Shown here: piece after piece, positions 38,751 through 46,012 of the stretch
How the letters are laid out: each line of letters opens with the position of its first letter
Position numbering within the stretch: the first letter of the stretch is position 1
Assembly (NCBI GenBank): GCA_005223185.1
Contig: NJBN01000001.1
Span: forward strand, 441,365-505,364
Reading direction: 5' to 3'
DNA from: a candidate division LCP-89 bacterium B3_LCP
GTDB taxonomy: Bacteria > Electryoneota > B3-LCP
DNA: 64,000 nucleotides
The notes under the pieces: model-generated
The model's database searches: none
What the model was told of the DNA's origin: nothing
Seen by the model: the letters and a program-made list of their open reading frames with translations, nothing else
Program-made: the position numbers and the translations under genes

Positions 38751-38915
38751 GTTTCAAATCCCCCTTGGTCCCCCTTTGGAAAAGGGGGAAACTGCGTAAT
38801 TCCCTGCATACCCACTAACACCCCCCTTTCCCAAAGGGGGGAGTCCCAACTTGTTGGGACGGGGGGATTTCGGGACGGGGGGATTTCGGGACGGGGGGAT
38901 TTGGGCGGGGGGATT
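38751..38915. repeat. G/C-tract-rich ~165-bp direct repeat flanking the 3' side of the DUF559 gene
   Basis: ggtttcaaatcccccttggtccccc…ccctgcatacccactaa…cccccctttcccaaaggggggag…, then 3 tandem units of gggacggggggatttc. About 85-90% identical to 39275-39425. Confidence 0.8.
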
Positions 38916-39261
38916 ACAGATGATTCCAAATCACCTGCAGCACCCCCTCAATATTATTCATAACCTCCAGGTTGCTGAATCGCAACACTTGAAATCCTAA
39001 TTCATTCAGATATGAATCTCGTTTACGGTCTTTGATCTTACCCTGAGGGGTAAAATGTTGTTCACCATCTAATTCAATAATTATTTTCGCTTTAGGACAA
39101 TAAAAATCAACAATGTAATTTCCAATTACTCTTTGACGATAAAATTGGGTACGTTTTAGTTGTTTGCGTCGTATTCTGTTCCAGAGCCGTTTCTCTGCTT
39201 CAGTGGCATTATTTCTTAACTCTCTGGCAAGAAGTTTCAATTTGGGATTATAATAGATCAT
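38914..39261 (-). CDS. DUF559-family endonuclease-domain protein (Vsr-like PD-(D/E)xK fold)
   Basis: 115 aa; strong match to the remembered DUF559 pattern (YIVDFYCPKAKIIIELDGEQH…FQVLRFSNLEVMNNIEGVLQVI). Confidence 0.8.
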   Translation of the reverse strand: MIYYNPKLKLLARELRNNATEAEKRLWNRIRRKQLKRTQFYRQRVIGNYIVDFYCPKAKIIIELDGEQHFTPQGKIKDRKRDSYLNELGFQVLRFSNLEVMNNIEGVLQVIWNHL

Positions 39262-39274
39262 GCTTCATTGTTGA

Positions 39275-39425
39275 GGTTTCAAATCCCCCTTGATCCCCCT
39301 TTTCCAAAGGGGGAAACTGCATCTTTCCCTGCATACCCACTAATTCCCCCCTTTCCCAAAGGGGGGAGCCCCGACTTGTCGGGGCGGGGGGATTGGACGG
39401 GGGGATTTTAGACAGGGGGATTAAA
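39275..39425. repeat. G/C-tract-rich ~150-bp direct repeat flanking the 5' side of the DUF559 gene
   Basis: ggtttcaaatcccccttgatccccc…ccctgcatacccactaa…cccccctttcccaaaggggggag…gggcggggggatt…; same orientation as 38751-38915. Confidence 0.8.
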
Positions 39426-39509
39426 ACAGCAACCTAACCCACCCCAGAGGGGTGGGGCACCGGTGCGAGGGCACTCCTTCAGAGCTTCCACCTTCGGCGA
39501 AGGCTTTCG

Positions 39510-40412
39510 TCATTGAGTTGATGTTGGTACATCGGTTCTTTCGAGATCGTCCACATCTGCTTCAATTGTTCTTAACCGGTCATCACGCTGAATTCTCCAC
39601 ATAGCGATGACTAATTCTGAAATCAATATCGTCATGAACATCAATACATAAGCTACCAGACTCCAGTTATCAGATCCGCTCTTACTGGATATACATGCAA
39701 AAACAAATGCAGTAGATGAGAAAAAAAGGATTATTACATGACGCAGCTTATGGGACCGCTTGAGAAAGTAATATTCTAGCTCATCTATGGCACTATTATA
39801 CAGCAGAAGGCGTCGATCGTTTTGGTGTAATAGTAATTCATCATATAGCTGCTGTCTACTCTTCTCTATGGCTGCTAGAATTTCCTTATTAAGATATTGG
39901 TTTGTTAGCAGGCTGACAACGCCATAAATGGAAAAGAATATAGAGTAGAAAAACACATCCCTTGAAGCGAAGAATAGGACACTCAGGAGGACACCCAGCG
40001 AAAGTATCATTGCGGTTTCTCGCAAATCGGATGGCGGCTTGTATCTCCTAGGATCAAGCCACCGCCATAAGATAATTAATTCATGCCTTGTTGCCCACAC
40101 CCATAACCAAACAAGGACTCCTGTTAAGGCAAATAGTGCTACATAACATATAACTAGAATATCCGGCCAGGATTCCTTGATACGGTCGATCTCAGATAGC
40201 AACATTCCTGCTCCGAGCAGAGATGTGATAATACCTATGCCCCAACGCCGCGCAACGATCAGCCCTTCACTCTTTTCCTTAAGATTTGGTTTGTAGTTCA
40301 CGATGGTTCTCAGTTTATATTGATTTATATTCTTTCCTGTCAGGTTTTGATCGCCGAAGGCGGGTGTGACCTGATGGCTTTTATCATGCTGTAACGTCTG
40401 GTCGCGGTTCAA
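39510..40412 (-). CDS. Polytopic membrane protein of unknown function (third gene of the three-gene operon)
   Basis: 300 aa with about 6 hydrophobic helices (e.g. ILVICYVALFALTGVLVWLWVWA, LVAYVLMFMTILISELVIAMW); no recognisable motif. Confidence 0.5.
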   Translation of the reverse strand: MNRDQTLQHDKSHQVTPAFGDQNLTGKNINQYKLRTIVNYKPNLKEKSEGLIVARRWGIGIITSLLGAGMLLSEIDRIKESWPDILVICYVALFALTGVLVWLWVWATRHELIILWRWLDPRRYKPPSDLRETAMILSLGVLLSVLFFASRDVFFYSIFFSIYGVVSLLTNQYLNKEILAAIEKSRQQLYDELLLHQNDRRLLLYNSAIDELEYYFLKRSHKLRHVIILFFSSTAFVFACISSKSGSDNWSLVAYVLMFMTILISELVIAMWRIQRDDRLRTIEADVDDLERTDVPTSTQ

Positions 40413-40462
40413 GCAATACAGAGCCTTGAACTTACGAATAAAAAAATGTAAATATCAGGATT

Positions 40463-41050
40463 TTACTCTTCTGCATTCTTTTTATTGGTACACCGCCCAG
40501 CGTAACATTCCCATCCCCTTTCATTCATCGCTCTTTGGTCACTAATTCTCCTCTCAATAAATTCATTTAAACGACTATGGACATACCAGCTATCTAAATA
40601 GATCTGTGCAAAACAATCTGGATCCTCGGATGGATCACGCCCTTTGTATTTGATACTGCCGGTTTTTTTATGAGCAAATTCATTTCTGAGATTGTTTATG
40701 ACTGGAATATATTCATCTAATTCGGTTGCAACAAATGATTTAAAGCAAGGACGTAGAAGTTTATGCACTTGACTAAATGACATTCGTTTGACAATTCTAT
40801 CTAGTTCCTTTAGGCAACTTTCATGAAGTTCGTCATACCCTTCCATCCATAAAATTAGATCGGAAAGGTGCTCATATAGAATTTCTTTCATCATTGATTC
40901 AATTGATGCGTGAATGTCAAGTACAATAGAACGAACAATGTGATTCATATCTGTTCTATCAGAAGTCCAGGATTTCACTAATGCAAGTACTTCTTCTTTC
41001 GTTGAACAGCCTAATATGTTGATATATTTTCTATGATCGGTCTTAGTCAT
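40463..41050 (-). CDS. Hypothetical protein with a HEPN-like Rx4H motif (second gene of the three-gene operon)
   Basis: 195 aa, helical-looking; motif INNLRNEFAHKK fits the HEPN Rx4-6H signature. Motif-level inference only. Confidence 0.45.
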   Translation of the reverse strand: MTKTDHRKYINILGCSTKEEVLALVKSWTSDRTDMNHIVRSIVLDIHASIESMMKEILYEHLSDLILWMEGYDELHESCLKELDRIVKRMSFSQVHKLLRPCFKSFVATELDEYIPVINNLRNEFAHKKTGSIKYKGRDPSEDPDCFAQIYLDSWYVHSRLNEFIERRISDQRAMNERGWECYAGRCTNKKNAEE

Positions 41051-41149
41051 AGTTTATTAGACTCCCTCCGATACAACATCCATTTCTTCGTCGAGTTTGT
41101 ATGACATAGTTTTAGGTGCTTAACGAACGCTGGTATAAAACGGGTACTT

Positions 41150-41893
41150 TTAAGGACTTGTGGTGCCCGTAGAGGTAACCGTTGTTGTTATACCGTTGGG
41201 ATCGGTCGGATAAGGATAAGTTTGTGGATCATTACCAAGTATTTTTTCAATTTCTTCTTTGAAATGATTTCGTATATTCGCAGTGCTAGAGGGTGGATCA
41301 CAATCCAATATGCTGAACATACTGTGTGACCGTGCGTGTAATGGTTTTCCTGAATGTAGTGTATCTAGTCTTTTGAGAGCTGCATCAATAGAATTCACAG
41401 CTATTAGTTTTGAGTACCAATTGCCTAGTTTAACAGCGTTGTCACTGTTTTCTCTAAAGTAGATTTCTATTGCAGCAGCAATCTCGGATACAAAGTCAGG
41501 CAGATTTAAAAAAACACGATGTCCAGCACCATTTACTTGTTTTCTCAAATGCATAGGTGATTGATCGTGGTGTAAGATAAAACGAAGCTTTACTTGTTGT
41601 GTCGCATTCGACTGTCCATACGTATGAATCAATGAATTTCGTATTCGCCATAGATCATCATCCAGACTACCATACTTTGCATTTAGTTTCTTCATATATT
41701 CAGAAATAAATTTCTTAAAATCATTTCCTGTGTTTCTGTCTTTTGTAGGGTCCAGCCCTAATCCCATATAGTCTATACAGCAAAATGAAAGAATATATGC
41801 GCCCATTAGAGATCTTCCTTCAATTGCCCTTATGATATCAGCCACTGCCGTATCAAAGAAATTAAATTTTAATATGTTATAATCATATGCCAT
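41150..41893 (-). CDS. Hypothetical protein with a HEPN-like Rx4H motif (first gene of the three-gene operon)
   Basis: 247 aa; agggag RBS; motif DLWRIRNSLIHTYG fits Rx4H; C-terminal low-complexity Thr/Pro tail. Motif-level inference only. Confidence 0.45.
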   Translation of the reverse strand: MAYDYNILKFNFFDTAVADIIRAIEGRSLMGAYILSFCCIDYMGLGLDPTKDRNTGNDFKKFISEYMKKLNAKYGSLDDDLWRIRNSLIHTYGQSNATQQVKLRFILHHDQSPMHLRKQVNGAGHRVFLNLPDFVSEIAAAIEIYFRENSDNAVKLGNWYSKLIAVNSIDAALKRLDTLHSGKPLHARSHSMFSILDCDPPSSTANIRNHFKEEIEKILGNDPQTYPYPTDPNGITTTVTSTGTTSP

Positions 41894-41960
41894 TGGAATT
41901 ACTCCCTGATTTAATTTTGGTTTATGCCTGCTTTACGTGATTCTCAATCACTATCCCTAA

Positions 41961-41989
41961 AATATACCCCAATTCATAACACAAGTCAA
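41961..41989 (-). promoter_or_regulatory. Sigma-70-like promoter TTGACT-N17-TATATT for the three-gene operon
   Basis: Minus-strand reading cttgact-tgtgttatgaattgggg-tatatt; about 60 nt upstream of ATG 41893. Confidence 0.5.
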
Positions 41990-42019
41990 GAAGAATATTT
42001 ACCAGATGTGTTTCATTCA

Positions 42020-42048
42020 ATAAAAAAGGCACCCCAGCGGGGCGCCTT
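42020..42048 (-). terminator. Rho-independent terminator (minus strand)
   Basis: Minus-strand hairpin ggcgccccgctggggtgcc followed by ttttttatt; about 450 nt downstream of the P5C dehydrogenase stop and just upstream of the operon promoter. Confidence 0.6.
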
Positions 42049-42156
42049 CTGTCCTCTGTTCTCAATTCCCCCACTTTACCCTTGCATTCCAGGCAATTTT
42101 GTTGTATATTATATATATACTCCAATTATCAAATTTCCATCCTCAATCCTCTCACC

Positions 42157-42191
42157 AACTGCTAACTGCTAACTGCTAACTGCTAACTGCC
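42157..42191. repeat. Tandem heptamer (aactgct/ctaactg) x5
   Basis: Five perfect contiguous 7-bp units in the non-coding region downstream of the P5C dehydrogenase gene. Confidence 0.9.
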
Positions 42192-42487
42192 AAAAACCAT
42201 CTTCTTGACAACGACACATCTGTCACAGGCGACAAATATGACCGACAACCTAAGACGCATGAAAAACAATCACATAACCCCCAAAAACGACAGATATGGC
42301 GCAATTTCAGATTTTGTGCGTGGGAGTCAAAATTTCTGTCGCTTTTGTGCTGAAAGGCAAAGTCACCTTCGTCAAATCTGTCGCCAATCTGAAATGTAAA
42401 ATAATCGGCTTCGCGCCCATAAAATAATCCCTCTGACTCCAGGAGCCGGGGGATTATTCTGTCTTCTGTCTTCTTTATTCTTTTTCC

Positions 42488-44035
42488 CTAAAACTGCTCA
42501 CACACCGCCTTACCCTGAGTGAAGAGCGCTAAATAATCTCTGCCGCCAGCTTTGGAATCGGTGCCGGACATGTTGAAACCACCGAAGGGTTGAACGCCCA
42601 CCAGAGCGCCCGTACACTTGCGGTTCAGGTAGAGGTTGCCTGCATGCAGTTCCCTGCGCCCGACTTCCAAATTGCCGCGGTTACCGCTGTATAAAGCGCC
42701 GGTCAATCCGAATTCAGTGCCGTTTGCGATGGCTATGATATGCTCGAAATCCTTCGCTTTGATGAAAGCCAGAACCGGCCCGAAGATCTCCTCCTGAGCG
42801 ATGCGCGCTTCCTCATCTACGTCCTTGATGATGGTTGGCTGAATGAAATACCCGCCGTCGGGACCCTTGCCTCCACCCAGAACCAGTTCGCCTTCCTTCT
42901 TACCGATTTCGATGTATTCCAAAATCTTGTTGTAGGCAGCTTCATCCACCACGCCGCCCATGAAGTTGTCCTGATCCTTCACTTCACCGATGGTGATGGG
43001 CTTAGCCTTTTCAACCACTTTCGCCACCACTTCATCATAAACCGATTCGTGAACGATGGCACGGGAACAGGCGGAACACTTCTGCCCCTGAAATCCAAAA
43101 GCAGCAGCGACGATCCCCTGTGCCGCCGCATCCAGATCGGCAGATTCATCGACCGCGATGAAGTCCTTACCGCCCATCTCCAGAACGGTGCGCTTGATCC
43201 AGATCTGACCTTCGGATTTCTTGGCAGCACGTTCATGGATGCGCAAACCTACTTCCATAGAGCCGGTAAAGGCGATGAAACGGGTGCGGGGATGATCGAC
43301 TATGGTATCACCGATTTTACTGCCGGGTCCGGGGAGGAAATTCAGCACGCCGTCAGGCAGACCGGCTTCCTTCATGATCAGATAAAACTGGTATCCGATC
43401 GCCGGAGCGGTTGACGCCGGTTTCAGGATTACGGTGTTGCCTGCAACTATGGCAGCCGAAGTCATCCCGCAGAGGATAGCTAAGGGGAAGTTCCAGGGAG
43501 GGATTACGGCGCCCACACCTAAAGGTATGTAATACAGTTCGTTCTCTTCGCCGGGGTAGGGGATAACCGGCTGAGGCTGACCGTAGCGCATCATCTCTCT
43601 GCCGTAGAATTCCAGAAAGTCGATAGCTTCGGCTACGTCGGCGTCCGCTTCTAACCAGTTTTTGCCGACTTCATATATCATCCAGGCGGCTAATTCGCGG
43701 CGGCGGCGCTTCATTATGGCTGCGGCTTTGATCAAATAGCGGGCGCGATCATCGGGAGCAACGCGGCTCCAGAGCTTGAAAGTCTCATCCGCAGTAGCTA
43801 TGGCTTTTTCAGCTTGTTCCTTGCTTCCTTTGGAACAGTTGGCTACGACTTCATCGTACTTGGAGCAGTTCAAAGATACGATCTTATCATCGGTGACGAT
43901 CTCCTTTCCGCCGATGACTAAAGGTATGGTAATTCCTAACTGCTTCTGGACTTTATCCAGCGCAGCTATCATTTCCTGCCGGTTTTCGCTTTTGGAAAAA
44001 TCGGTAAAGGGGGTTGGTACAAATTCGGGGAGCAT
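42488..44035 (-). CDS. L-glutamate gamma-semialdehyde (1-pyrroline-5-carboxylate) dehydrogenase
   Basis: 515 aa aldehyde dehydrogenase with catalytic-Cys region GFQGQKCSACSRAIV and Glu motif LEMGGKD; size and sequence match RocA/PruA-type P5CDH. Confidence 0.85.
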   Translation of the reverse strand: MLPEFVPTPFTDFSKSENRQEMIAALDKVQKQLGITIPLVIGGKEIVTDDKIVSLNCSKYDEVVANCSKGSKEQAEKAIATADETFKLWSRVAPDDRARYLIKAAAIMKRRRRELAAWMIYEVGKNWLEADADVAEAIDFLEFYGREMMRYGQPQPVIPYPGEENELYYIPLGVGAVIPPWNFPLAILCGMTSAAIVAGNTVILKPASTAPAIGYQFYLIMKEAGLPDGVLNFLPGPGSKIGDTIVDHPRTRFIAFTGSMEVGLRIHERAAKKSEGQIWIKRTVLEMGGKDFIAVDESADLDAAAQGIVAAAFGFQGQKCSACSRAIVHESVYDEVVAKVVEKAKPITIGEVKDQDNFMGGVVDEAAYNKILEYIEIGKKEGELVLGGGKGPDGGYFIQPTIIKDVDEEARIAQEEIFGPVLAFIKAKDFEHIIAIANGTEFGLTGALYSGNRGNLEVGRRELHAGNLYLNRKCTGALVGVQPFGGFNMSGTDSKAGGRDYLALFTQGKAVCEQF

Positions 44036-44073
44036 TGTGCCTCCGTTAGGTTATTTTAGTTATATTTATAAGT

Positions 44074-44125
44074 CTGAAAATATAAGCAAAAACCCTTGAA
44101 AATTCAAGGGATTTTAGGGAAAAAG
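44074..44125. repeat. ~50-bp direct repeat, copy 1, with central inverted repeat cccttgaa-aa-ttcaaggg
   Basis: tctgaaaatataagcaaaaacccttgaaaattcaagggattttagggaaaaag; about 85% identical to 45516-45568. The pair brackets the DUF3800-like gene. Confidence 0.75.
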
Positions 44126-44343
44126 AATGTAAAATGTAGAATGGTGAATTTTAAATTAGGAATTTGTAATGGGAGGGAGAATCAGGGACATCTCCAAAGG
44201 TGCAGGCAAGCCGCTGAGGGAGCTTACGCCCTGTCCCGAGCACACACGTTTTTGTTGTAAGCAATATGATTTTGGGATAGATTAAATATTTATTTCATCA
44301 ATAAATCTTCTCAAATAGTCATATTTCTGATTACTAAGAATAT

Positions 44344-45447
44344 CTAGTTGGCGCTTACTCGCAATAGAATGTCTTCGCGAGCCTTCTTCAACCTACTAAG
44401 CATCGGGCCAATCTGACCACTCATTTGCCCCACAAAATCATATAAATCTTGCTCGGAGTCCGGTATTTTATAACCTTTTGGACTACTTGCTATAATCACT
44501 CCTTTATCTCTAAGCTTTGCAATTACCTTTGAGCGCAAGTAATGAGTAGTTACTTTATTCGGGCTAACCTGATTTAGAATTCTCTTTAGCTGTTCAGTAA
44601 ATATGTACCTTTTTGAATTTACATATCTAAAGTGGTAAAGTAAATATTTCAACGCTTCTAGCTGATCTGTTATAACTTCATCTTTAGTGTCCATATTTTC
44701 TTCAATAAAATTTGATGCTTTATAAAGTGCTAGCTCACAGATAAGATTATCAAAATCGTTTCCTTTAGTAATCCATGACTTATTTGTAGAAGGGTGACTT
44801 ATTGGTGGCCATGTGTCAATTAGCAAAGTCCGATTTAATAAAATATTCATAAAATCTTTTGAAACGGTTGTGGATTTTTTGGGATCAAAATGTCTTGCGA
44901 GTGTTCCAGATATAAAGTCAGCAAGTTGAACTATTGGTTGTTCATGACTCGCAACAAATCCGAATTCTGCTCGGATGAATAGATCAGGTACATGATTCTC
45001 GTTTACATATTTTTGAAAGCCTTCCATAAAAGATCTTCCCCCGTATTCATCGGATATTATAAACATTTCGGGGAAGGTACGATATAACTTTCTGTAAAGC
45101 AATCCATGCGTAAACTTAATAAATGGCTCTCTGTAAATTAATCCACTGCTTTCCCATACCTCACGTTTATCAATTATAATAGAATAAAATTTAAAATCTA
45201 ATCCAGCAATATCCTTTAATATCTTTCTCCTTCTTTCATCATTTGAACCAACATTCTTGGACTTCATCTCCCCAGTGCGAAAATGGATTTTTCGTATTTC
45301 ATCTGCATCCCGTTCCAATTCTACTAAATGATCGTGTTCTACTATAATAGCAGTAATAATAAAGCATGTTGACACTCCTCCTTTTGAAACATCCAAGTTA
45401 GGGTCTCCATACGCGTCAACGAATGCATACTGAGGTTCTAAGTTCAT
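44344..45447 (-). CDS. DUF3800-like protein with C-terminal extension
   Basis: 367 aa; N-terminal YAFVDAYGDP and later SHEQPIVQLADFISGTLARHF resemble remembered DUF3800 signatures (DESG-like start, Q.AD..AG…R). Family call from memory only. Confidence 0.5.
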   Translation of the reverse strand: MNLEPQYAFVDAYGDPNLDVSKGGVSTCFIITAIIVEHDHLVELERDADEIRKIHFRTGEMKSKNVGSNDERRRKILKDIAGLDFKFYSIIIDKREVWESSGLIYREPFIKFTHGLLYRKLYRTFPEMFIISDEYGGRSFMEGFQKYVNENHVPDLFIRAEFGFVASHEQPIVQLADFISGTLARHFDPKKSTTVSKDFMNILLNRTLLIDTWPPISHPSTNKSWITKGNDFDNLICELALYKASNFIEENMDTKDEVITDQLEALKYLLYHFRYVNSKRYIFTEQLKRILNQVSPNKVTTHYLRSKVIAKLRDKGVIIASSPKGYKIPDSEQDLYDFVGQMSGQIGPMLSRLKKAREDILLRVSAN

Positions 45448-45515
45448 TTCTTCTTTAAATCCTATTCTTTGTATGGCACAACAATTCGGATCATATTTTA
45501 TATATCTCTAGACGT

Positions 45516-45568
45516 TTTAAAATATAAGCAAAAACCCCTGCAATTTCAAGGGGTTTTGGGGGTAAAGC
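45516..45568. repeat. ~50-bp direct repeat, copy 2
   Basis: ttttaaaatataagcaaaaacccctgcaatttcaaggggttttgggggtaaag; same orientation as 44074-44125. Confidence 0.75.
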
Positions 45569-45645
45569 GTGTTTATAAAGATTATTATACAATCGATCTT
45601 TAGCATTTCATGTTCCCAAAAAGGGAAAATAGTTCTTGACTTCTA

Positions 45646-45674
45646 TTTGGGAACTTCTTATCTTATATATAGTA
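45646..45674 (+). promoter_or_regulatory. Sigma-70-like promoter TTGACT-N17-TATCTT upstream of higB
   Basis: ttgact 45646-45651, 17-nt spacer, tatctt 45669-45674, about 40 nt upstream of ATG 45714. Confidence 0.4.
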
Positions 45675-45713
45675 TATAAGGTAGAATATTTATGAATCCA
45701 GCTATAGCGCACA

Positions 45714-45998
45714 ATGGAAATAATTAATCTACAAGCGTTAGAAAGATATATCAAGAAGCACAGGACTGCGGAAGAAGTAATAAAGAACTGGGTGGTGTTT
45801 GTCGAAAATGCAGATTGGGATCGTCCTTACGATGTCAAACAGGATTACGATGCAAGATTTATTAGTTCTAAGCGTGTGATCTTCAAATTAGGTAACTCTT
45901 GGCGTATTGATACACGAATTGCTTATAACAGTAGAAAGATTTACGTTATCCGTATTGGAACTCACGAAGAGTACAATAAATGGAAATATAAAGATTAA
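45714..45998 (+). CDS. higB: Type II toxin HigB (E. coli YgjN-like RelE-fold mRNA interferase)
   Basis: 94 aa; C-terminal KRVIFKLGNSWRIDTRIAYNSRKIYVIRIGTHEEYNK aligns with E. coli HigB (HYVFNVGGNELRVVAMVFFESQKCYIREVMTHKEYD). Confidence 0.8.
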   Translation: MEIINLQALERYIKKHRTAEEVIKNWVVFVENADWDRPYDVKQDYDARFISSKRVIFKLGNSWRIDTRIAYNSRKIYVIRIGTHEEYNKWKYKD

Positions 45999-46012
45999 CT
46001 AGAGAGTCAGAT

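Noticed and set aside
38850-38915. Possible CRISPR array (tandem gggacggggggatttc units)
   Set aside because: Only about three contiguous 15-16-bp units with no spacers and no cas genes; it is a microsatellite inside the larger direct repeat flanking the DUF559 gene.
38624-38963. ORFs 38624-38929 (minus) and 38730-38963 (plus) rich in Pro/Gly
   Set aside because: Artefacts of translating the G/C-tract direct repeat.
42740-43414. 224-aa plus-strand ORF
   Set aside because: Lies entirely antisense within the well-supported P5C dehydrogenase gene; no RBS or recognisable motif.
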